A stretch of DNA of 64,000 nt. Source: an uncultured Oligoflexia bacterium. GTDB taxonomy: Bacteria > Bdellovibrionota > Bacteriovoracia > Bacteriovoracales > Bacteriovoracaceae. A program made the position numbers and the translations under genes. Below the pieces are notes generated by a model. It ran no database searches, was not told where the DNA came from, and saw nothing but the letters and a program-made list of their open reading frames with translations. The DNA lies in assembly GCA_964015265.1 (NCBI GenBank), contig CAXHCD010000010.1:7001-71000 (forward strand), in the 5' to 3' direction. Positions 57,258 through 64,000 of this stretch are shown in pieces; position 1 is the stretch's first letter, and every line of letters starts with the position of its first letter.

Positions 57258-57991
57258 TAGCAGTATTTCCTGTAAATTTTAATGAGTTCTAAAGGAGTCT
57301 TTAAAAAGTCTGTAAACTTTAGTTTACTTCCGGCCACATCTTCCCAATTTGTAAGAGGTAGCTCATAAAATGATGTTAAGTATTCTTCTTTTTTAATCGT
57401 AGATAAAATTCTAAAAATTAATTCAACGTCAAAAAACCACATTGAGACAAATCCATCAGTGAAAATATTTTTGGCAATTGAACCTTTAAAAATTTTAGCT
57501 CCACATTGAGTGTCATATACTGGAAGCTTTAACATCATACTAACAATAGTCGCAAATACTCGACCAAGGTAATGTCTGTAGGCTTTTCTTTTAATAGGAG
57601 CCCCAAGCCTTAAAATTCTTGCTCCCATTATGCATAGAATATGAGGATTAGAGTTTAATTTTTCTAAAAAGTTTTGGACTTCACTTAATGGCGTTGCTAA
57701 ATCAGCATCAAAAAAACCGATATATTTATAATCTACTTCTAATGAATTAACAGCCTCTCTAATGGCGTGAGCTTTTCCAACATTTTGTTTTAGATCTAAA
57801 AAAGAAACATTTTCAAATGAATTTTCTAAATTATTTAATAGGTGAGCTGTTTTATCTAAGCTTCCATCATTAACAAATAAAAACTCAACATTTAAGTAGT
57901 TTGAAAAGGCCTGTTTAAAAGAATTTATATTGAGCCGTCCTTCTTCATTATAACAAGGTATAATGAGACATAGCTCTTTTTGGTTTGTCAT
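57257..57991 (-). CDS. GT2 glycosyltransferase, polyprenyl-phosphate hexose synthase (Dpm1/Alg5)-like
   Basis: IIPCYNEE, VNDGSLDKT, FFDADLATP (DxD) and QCGAKIF blocks. 1-nt overlap with the GT-C gene. Confidence 0.75.
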   Translation of the reverse strand: MTNQKELCLIIPCYNEEGRLNINSFKQAFSNYLNVEFLFVNDGSLDKTAHLLNNLENSFENVSFLDLKQNVGKAHAIREAVNSLEVDYKYIGFFDADLATPLSEVQNFLEKLNSNPHILCIMGARILRLGAPIKRKAYRHYLGRVFATIVSMMLKLPVYDTQCGAKIFKGSIAKNIFTDGFVSMWFFDVELIFRILSTIKKEEYLTSFYELPLTNWEDVAGSKLKFTDFLKTPLELIKIYRKYC

Positions 57992-58159
57992 TAATATTTC
58001 CCTTATGACTTCTAAATTTATAACTATTTATCTAAGAATGCCAGTATATTGAGAATATTTGTTGTGTATTTCCGATACTTTATGTGTGTCATAAACTTTA
58101 CATCCATGTAAAAATTTTGATTTGTGAGATCGAGGCATTTTAATGACTTAGAATGTCTC

Positions 58160-59581
58160 ATGCGCTGTTTGTTTATACTTATTTTATTCCTTCTATATTC
58201 ATTTTCAGGATTTTCTGATGATAAGTGTAAAGAGGCGATTAATGAGCTTCTAAATGCAAGCAATCAATTTGAAGTAAAGCAATATGAAAATAATCGTTAT
58301 ATTGAGGCTTCTTATATTGTTGATGGGCAAAATAAATTGATTGCTGTTTCTACTCAAGATGACTTAGTTAAAGATAGAGATTTAAAAGATTTAATGAAAA
58401 CTTATTTGAGTTTAAATATTTCGCTTTTAGATGATTTCGAAATTCCTAACCAATTAATGATTATATTAAGCAAGCATTTAACAACTTCTGTCGTTTCTTC
58501 TAAAAGTCCTCATTATAATCCAATTCGCTCAAGTGTTAATGTTCCGGTTCAATTTCTTAAAAGTGGATTTCATAAGTGGTATGCTAAACATCCAAAATTT
58601 TCAAAACCTATTCAAGTTCATGAAATTGCCCATGCAATAATTGATGCAAGTTTTCAAAAAACTCTTGAACCTTGGGCCAAGTTTAAACAAACACAAAAAG
58701 ATTGGGCGAGTATTGGTGCTCAAAAAAATCAATTAAACCAGGAATTAATTAGTATTGTTAATAAGTATCAAAGTGCTGAATCAAAAAAAATAATTGAAGA
58801 CTTATTTGAAAAAAGAGCAACTATTACAGGTGAAAAAGCAGATTTAGAAATTAAAATATGGAAGAAAAACTTAGATGAAAGCAAGCATAAAGAATCATTA
58901 AAAAGATTTGATCAGAAAATCACAAGGCTTAATGAAAAAATTTATAATGCTAGATTATATAGTATTACTGATGAAAATGATAAAAAGCGTTGGGTTGAAA
59001 TAATTGAAGAGTTAAAACCTATAAACGAATTATATAATCAATACATGGAGATATTACAAGCTGATATAAACTCTCAATTGTTTACTGCTTATGACGAATT
59101 TTTAGCAGATACAATTACTGTAACTTATTTGAATGATCCGAAATCAATTTCTAAATCAATAGAGTTTTCAAATAGTAAAAAAGAAAAGATTTCAAGAGAT
59201 TTTGAGAATAAACTCCCTTTATCAGTTCTTCCAGACGTGGTCCAAACTGATGGAGTAAAAAAAGTATTTACTAGTTTTGATTTAAGCAATGGTGTAATTT
59301 ATCAAAAAGATGTTGTAACAGAATGGGGTCGTAATAAGTTTTATGAGGCCCATGAAATTTTAAATGCAACTCGTGGTCACGTATGGAAATATTATTTATC
59401 AAATCCTTTATATAGCAAAAAGAAATCTCAAGTTTTGGGGCTTATTGCAAAGGCAGTTGCTATAGAGATACAAGCTAGAGTTGCTGAACCGGAATTAATT
59501 GGACAATTTTTATCACCAAGGCAAATGAATAAGCGTTTAATTGAAACAATTGATCGAGTTATTAAAGAGGCCCAGATTTAA
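58160..59581 (+). CDS. Secreted HExxH protein (putative zinc metallopeptidase) with a coiled-coil middle
   Basis: VHEIAHAII motif. ATG 58160 gives the signal-like MRCLFILILFLLYSFSG (the ORF-track GTG at 58124 is less likely). Confidence 0.5.
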   Translation: MRCLFILILFLLYSFSGFSDDKCKEAINELLNASNQFEVKQYENNRYIEASYIVDGQNKLIAVSTQDDLVKDRDLKDLMKTYLSLNISLLDDFEIPNQLMIILSKHLTTSVVSSKSPHYNPIRSSVNVPVQFLKSGFHKWYAKHPKFSKPIQVHEIAHAIIDASFQKTLEPWAKFKQTQKDWASIGAQKNQLNQELISIVNKYQSAESKKIIEDLFEKRATITGEKADLEIKIWKKNLDESKHKESLKRFDQKITRLNEKIYNARLYSITDENDKKRWVEIIEELKPINELYNQYMEILQADINSQLFTAYDEFLADTITVTYLNDPKSISKSIEFSNSKKEKISRDFENKLPLSVLPDVVQTDGVKKVFTSFDLSNGVIYQKDVVTEWGRNKFYEAHEILNATRGHVWKYYLSNPLYSKKKSQVLGLIAKAVAIEIQARVAEPELIGQFLSPRQMNKRLIETIDRVIKEAQI

Positions 59582-60024
59582 GAACAAGTTTTGCAAATTT
59601 TATTGATTAGATTATCTCTAGAAGACTTATTTCTAATACCATTAAAATAGATTTTAATAGTTTTATCAGTATCAATTAAAACAGTTACTGGAGTTGCTGT
59701 ATTTAATAATAAGTTTTTAGCCTCATATAATTTAATAACTTCTAATTCTGGGTCACTAGCGTATAAATAACTGGTTTGATTTTTTTTCGACCAAGACTGA
59801 AGCTTTAAATAATGCTCACTTGAAATAATTATCATTGTAGTTTTTTTAGAGAGTTTTTCTTGCCATTGGCGAACCTTTTTTAAATGATTCGTACAAAATG
59901 GACACCAAGTACCCATAATAAAATTTAAAACAACGGGACCATTTTTTAATAGCTCATAAAGCTCAACTTTTCTTTCGTCAACTAATAGGATTTCAAAATT
60001 TGGAGCAATATCACCGGTTTTCAT
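59578..60024 (-). CDS. Thioredoxin-fold redoxin (AhpC/TSA family)
   Basis: GTWCPFC active-site motif. 148 aa. Confidence 0.7.
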   Translation of the reverse strand: MKTGDIAPNFEILLVDERKVELYELLKNGPVVLNFIMGTWCPFCTNHLKKVRQWQEKLSKKTTMIIISSEHYLKLQSWSKKNQTSYLYASDPELEVIKLYEAKNLLLNTATPVTVLIDTDKTIKIYFNGIRNKSSRDNLINKICKTCS

Positions 60025-60214
60025 TAAGATTAATTATAAGTTAAAACCAAATTACTTTCATCACTTATCTAAGTGTTTGTTAAATAATTGGCCGTCAAAA
60101 TAATAGACAGTAACATGAGTGATTCAATCCTTTTTCTAGCTACTTATAAAAGATTTTTTTGGCATCGATATTGCTTATTATCTGTGTAGATAGATTTATA
60201 CTTAGGAGAGGATA

Positions 60215-60781
60215 ATGAAATACTGGAAAACATTATTAATGTTTCTCATCGTAGGCGTAATAGCTACAAGTTGTGGTGGATCCGGTGATGAGGAGAAAGA
60301 AGAATCAATAGTGATAACTAATCCATCTACTTACACTGGTGGTGTAGGAAATGTTGGTAACGTTAGTAATTATTCAAGCTTTGTTACTGAGGTGCAGGCC
60401 GGAAGATTTATATCTGTACCAAATGGAAGAATGACGTTTATTTATAATCTTTATAGCTATGAAGTTAGAGAAAGAGATGGAATATTTGGAATTGATTATA
60501 CTTCTACAGATGTTGATTTTTTGAGAACGTTTGGTCGTTCAGTTAATGGTTCAACAGTTAATCACGAGTTTGGAAGTTCAAACCAAGAGATTATAAATAA
60601 CTTAGTTAATATATTAAATAATGTAAAAGCGCAGGTTCAAACAGGTCCAGCAGCGTTTAGAGTATTAACTTTTAATGATGAAGTTTATGAAATTAACTTA
60701 GCAATTCCTTTGGTTGGTAATCCAGTTTATTACGTAAGTGAAGATGCTGAGCAAATGTATCAAATTACAAATATGTTTTAA
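60215..60781 (+). CDS. Hypothetical lipoprotein
   Basis: Lipobox VIATSCGG. TAGGAGAGG Shine-Dalgarno. Confidence 0.55.
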   Translation: MKYWKTLLMFLIVGVIATSCGGSGDEEKEESIVITNPSTYTGGVGNVGNVSNYSSFVTEVQAGRFISVPNGRMTFIYNLYSYEVRERDGIFGIDYTSTDVDFLRTFGRSVNGSTVNHEFGSSNQEIINNLVNILNNVKAQVQTGPAAFRVLTFNDEVYEINLAIPLVGNPVYYVSEDAEQMYQITNMF

Positions 60782-60816
60782 TATTCTTTAAAAAAATCTT
60801 AAATTATATTTATTTT

Positions 60817-60845
60817 AAAAGGGCCGAATCTTGGGCCCTTTTTTT
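60817..60845 (+). terminator. Rho-independent terminator
   Basis: AAAAGGGCC-GAATCTTG-GGCCCTTTT with a T7 run. Confidence 0.65.
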
Positions 60846-60912
60846 CTTTAAGAAATTCAATTTCCATATATAATAGAGGGGTCTTAATCCATTAATTACA
60901 AGGAAGAATTTT

Positions 60913-62640
60913 ATGGCCCAATATAGAACAGATCTAAAAGATATTAATTTTAACCTTTTTGAATTATTTCAATGCCAGAGCTATATAGAAGGTTATGAGG
61001 TTAATGATTTAAAAGAAATTGTTAATCAATTTGATAAGTTTATTGAGAACGAAGTTTTTCCTACAAGAGAGGAAGGAGATACTGTTGGTGTTAAGTTGAC
61101 AGATGCGGGCGTCGTAGTTCCTCCAAGTTTTAAAAAGGCCCATGACGGGTACTATGGAAATGGATGGATGGGGCTTGGATACCCAGAAGATATTGGTGGA
61201 ATTCCTGCACCAAAACAAATTTATGTAGCTTGTAATTCAATTTGTAATAGCGCAAACGTTTCATATGCTATGTATCCGAACTTAACTCAAGGTGCACTCA
61301 ATACTATTAGAGCTGCCGGATCACCAGAGCAAGTAGATAAATATTCTGTTCCAATGATTGAAGGTCGTTGGGGTGGAACCATGTGTTTAACTGAAGCGGG
61401 TGCTGGTTCTGATGTTGGTGCTTTAACAACAACTGCTACACCTTTAGATAATGGAAAGTATTCAATTAAAGGAGTGAAGATTTTTATCTCTTCTGGAGAA
61501 AGTGATCTTTATGAAAATAATATTCACTTAGTTTTAGCGAGAACTCCTGAAGGAGTAGAAGGAACCAAGGGGATCTCATTATTTATCGTTCCTAGATATA
61601 AAATTAATGATGATGGTACATCAGGTGAATCTAATGATGTTAAATGTACAAAGATAGAAGAGAAGATGGGACTTCACGGACAAGCGACATGTGAACTAAC
61701 GTTTGGTCAAAATGGTCAATGTGAAGGTGAGCTGATTGGAAAAGAATTTGAAGGTATGGCCAATATGTTCATTATGATGAATGAGGCGAGACTTTTATGT
61801 GGAGTTCAAGGCGAGTCTCAAGCAAATATGGCCTTTGAATTATCTGAACAATATGCAAGAGAGAGATCTCAATTTAAATCAGAAATCATTAATCTTCCTG
61901 ATGTAAAAAGAATGCTTTTAAAAATGAGATCAATGAGTAGAGGAATGAGAACTCTTAATCTGTATATAGCGAGTTTATTTGATCAAGAAGAAAGCGGTAA
62001 TCATGAAGTGAACGATCTGATTGCACTATTAACACCTATTTCAAAATCTTTTTGTACAGATGAAGGATTTCAAGTTTGTGTTGATGCTATTCAAGTTCAC
62101 GGTGGTTATGGATACTGCTCTGAATACGGTGTTGAACAATATGCAAGAGACTCTAAAATTGCTTCAATTTATGAAGGAACAAATGGGATTCAAGCAATTG
62201 ATTTTGTCACAAGAAAAATATTAAAGGATCAAGGAAAGGCCATTACAAAACTAGCGACTATGATTCAAAAAGATTTAGAAAGTCCACACGCGGCCAAGTT
62301 TAAATCTGAAGTAGGATTTATTGCTAAATCACTTGCAAAGGCCCAAGAAATTTTAGGAGCCTATACAAAGAAAGCTTCTGAGAAAAATTTTAATGGCATT
62401 TTAGCAACGGCTACAGATTTTCTAAATTATTGTGGAAATTTAACTATTGCTTGGCTTTCTTTTAAGAGTGCTTGTAAGGCATTAGATTTAATTGACGGAG
62501 CTAATGGTGATGATAAAAAATATTATCAGAGTAAAATAGATGACTTTAAGATCTTTTGTCAGCACTACCTTGTTAGAAATTCGGGGATTGCCCAGTCAAT
62601 TCTAAACTTTGAGGAAGATTTAACAAGCATGGAGGTTTAG
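60913..62640 (+). CDS. Long-form acyl-CoA dehydrogenase
   Basis: CLTEAGAGSDVGAL, QVHGGYGY and YEGTNGIQAIDF blocks, plus an extra C-terminal helical domain (575 aa). Confidence 0.85.
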   Translation: MAQYRTDLKDINFNLFELFQCQSYIEGYEVNDLKEIVNQFDKFIENEVFPTREEGDTVGVKLTDAGVVVPPSFKKAHDGYYGNGWMGLGYPEDIGGIPAPKQIYVACNSICNSANVSYAMYPNLTQGALNTIRAAGSPEQVDKYSVPMIEGRWGGTMCLTEAGAGSDVGALTTTATPLDNGKYSIKGVKIFISSGESDLYENNIHLVLARTPEGVEGTKGISLFIVPRYKINDDGTSGESNDVKCTKIEEKMGLHGQATCELTFGQNGQCEGELIGKEFEGMANMFIMMNEARLLCGVQGESQANMAFELSEQYARERSQFKSEIINLPDVKRMLLKMRSMSRGMRTLNLYIASLFDQEESGNHEVNDLIALLTPISKSFCTDEGFQVCVDAIQVHGGYGYCSEYGVEQYARDSKIASIYEGTNGIQAIDFVTRKILKDQGKAITKLATMIQKDLESPHAAKFKSEVGFIAKSLAKAQEILGAYTKKASEKNFNGILATATDFLNYCGNLTIAWLSFKSACKALDLIDGANGDDKKYYQSKIDDFKIFCQHYLVRNSGIAQSILNFEEDLTSMEV

Positions 62641-62697
62641 CCAAAATTCTGTTAGACTAATATTAGATTATGATTAAAAAATTAAATAAAGGTTTAC

Positions 62698-63516
62698 ATG
62701 AATTTAGAACGGCTATACGAGGAGATTGCCTCGTATTCGAAGGAGACTCACGGTAGTAGCAATTACGACAAGGAAACATTGATTGTAAGAGGCAAGGACC
62801 CTGGGGAGTTTGCTCCATTTAAGTATCTCGTAAAGAAGATTGACGAACTTACAAGTGAAGATCAATTAGTAAAAAGTGGATTTGTATTTGATTCATTCGA
62901 TCTCGTTGAAGTTCCGAAATTAAAAAGTTGGTTTGAAAAACAATATGGTAAAAAACTTGGCGTACGAAACGCGAAGAAAATCATGGTTCTTCAATTACCA
63001 AATAACAAAGAAATCTTTGATTCCATAGAACTTGTAAATAAATGTTATGAAACATTAAGTAATGAACAAATTCTTATGAATGGAAAGAACTTACCTGTTC
63101 AGCTAGGTGAGTGGTATGCAAAATCAATCTTTGGACTTAAGCAATTAAAGTCAACTTCTCAAAGAGGTTTTGATTTTTATCTACAAAATAAAAGAGTCGA
63201 AGTTAAGATTCCATGGGGGAACGCAACTTCTCCTAAGGGAATAAAACTTAGAAAATCTCTGGTTGAGTTAAGCCAATATGTCATTATTGTTTATGTTGGT
63301 AAGAACTTTATGATTAGAGAAGTTTGTTTTCTAGATTCTGATTTTGTTTTACGACGATTTGCTGGCAAAGGACATACAATCTTTTTAAAAGATTCAGATG
63401 TTTCAGAATACTTCTTTTCTAAATCTAATAAGCACTATGATAAAGTCGCTAACAGTAATGTGTTATTGAAGTATTCGCTCCCAAGTTATGCAATGAAGCT
63501 TGCTGAGCACTTCTAG
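62698..63516 (+). CDS. Hypothetical protein with a C-terminal PD-(D/E)xK nuclease-like motif
   Basis: GEWYAKSIFGL ... RGFDFYLQNKRVEVKIP fits the E...D...ExK arrangement of restriction-endonuclease-like folds. The N-terminal ~130 aa are unassigned. Confidence 0.45.
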   Translation: MNLERLYEEIASYSKETHGSSNYDKETLIVRGKDPGEFAPFKYLVKKIDELTSEDQLVKSGFVFDSFDLVEVPKLKSWFEKQYGKKLGVRNAKKIMVLQLPNNKEIFDSIELVNKCYETLSNEQILMNGKNLPVQLGEWYAKSIFGLKQLKSTSQRGFDFYLQNKRVEVKIPWGNATSPKGIKLRKSLVELSQYVIIVYVGKNFMIREVCFLDSDFVLRRFAGKGHTIFLKDSDVSEYFFSKSNKHYDKVANSNVLLKYSLPSYAMKLAEHF

Positions 63517-63518
63517 AA

Positions 63519-63935
63519 ATGATCTTTGTATATGGCACATTACAAAACTCACAAGTATATGAGCTTGTAACTAAGGCCAGCTTTGATGATGATTTTATTT
63601 CACAAGCTACCCTTGAAAATTACAAATGTGTCTATGTTAAAGATGAAGAATTTCCAGGTCTAATAAAAGATAAAGACTCAAGTGTTGATGGTGTTTTACT
63701 TAATCCAAGTGAACAAACAATAAAGCTATTAAGTGTTTATGAAGGCGAAGAATACGACTTAATCACTGTTGAAGTACAGGCCCTAGAAAAAAAAGAAAGT
63801 GCTCAGACATTTGTTTATAAAGATTTAACTTTGCTCACGCAAAATTTGTGGGACTATAAGGAATGGATTCAAAAAATAGATCTATCAGCTTATTTGAAAA
63901 GAGTAGAAAATCTTCTCTTAACTGGAGACTGGTAG
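63519..63935 (+). CDS. Gamma-glutamylcyclotransferase (AIG2/GGACT)-like protein
   Basis: N-terminal IFVYGTLQ (YGTL/YGSL motif) and a later YEGEEY acidic region. It starts 2 nt after the preceding stop. Confidence 0.6.
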   Translation: MIFVYGTLQNSQVYELVTKASFDDDFISQATLENYKCVYVKDEEFPGLIKDKDSSVDGVLLNPSEQTIKLLSVYEGEEYDLITVEVQALEKKESAQTFVYKDLTLLTQNLWDYKEWIQKIDLSAYLKRVENLLLTGDW

Positions 63936-64000
63936 GCTAAATTTATCTATATCTTTTTAATCGCTTTAGAATTAAAATTCTTGCAATAACAAGATCTCAC

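Noticed and set aside
58024-58263. 79-aa minus-strand ORF
   Set aside because: It overlaps the promoter and 5-prime region of the HExxH gene. It has no Shine-Dalgarno and no motif.
9946-61218. Short nested or antisense ORFs: 9946-10140, 11202-11402, 16285-16500, 19193-19423, 23904-24113, 24731-24913, 25267-25470, 27725-28009, 30686-30877, 34218-34451, 38779-39048, 40000-40215, 41826-42071, 42564-42815, 45336-45587, 46630-46905, 47929-48138, 48996-49265, 52759-52950, 53503-53703, 61009-61218
   Set aside because: Each is fully contained in, or largely overlaps, a longer ORF with recognisable motifs or export signals. Such 60-90-codon shadow ORFs are expected by chance in AT-rich DNA.
1-64000. 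CRISPR arrays, IS elements, prophage or known defence systems
   Set aside because: I saw no regularly spaced direct repeats, no transposase, integrase or terminase-like ORFs, and no restriction-modification, Cas or abortive-infection signatures among the translated ORFs.

Overview
This is an AT-rich (roughly one-third G+C by eye), densely packed bacterial chromosomal segment with about 60 genes on both strands. Several convergent gene pairs abut or overlap at their stop codons. Recognisable housekeeping genes are metG, ppc, nadA with a NifS-type cysteine desulfurase and a rhodanese, parA/parB, msrA, a glutamate dehydrogenase, pfkA, gpmI, an acyl-CoA dehydrogenase, a PrkA kinase, an RluA-family pseudouridine synthase, Hsp20, pirin and one tRNA-His. 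There is also a five-gene GldA/F/G-like ABC transporter operon. About a third of the genes encode signal-peptide or lipoprotein orphans, some with hydrolase-like motifs (GH2, papain-like, HExxH, kinase-like). That profile, together with the composition, would fit a Bdellovibrio/Bacteriovorax-like predator, but this is a low-confidence guess. I saw no CRISPR array, transposase, integrase, phage structural genes or known defence genes. The best novelty candidates, all inference-level, are: (1) parAB apparently co-transcribed with two DUF3015-like paralogues and a DUF4105/beta-barrel gene, behind a GC-rich repeat-bearing leader; (2) a GT2 plus GT22-like GT-C glycosylation pair flanked by secreted peptidase-like genes; (3) a PrkA-RluA operon divergent from a SUMF1/FGE-like gene coupled to a Cys-rich lipoprotein; (4) an hsp20 operon divergent from a three-gene operon with two HPF/RaiA-like proteins; (5) a WYL regulator locus; (6) a PD-(D/E)xK-like plus GGCT-like pair at the right edge.
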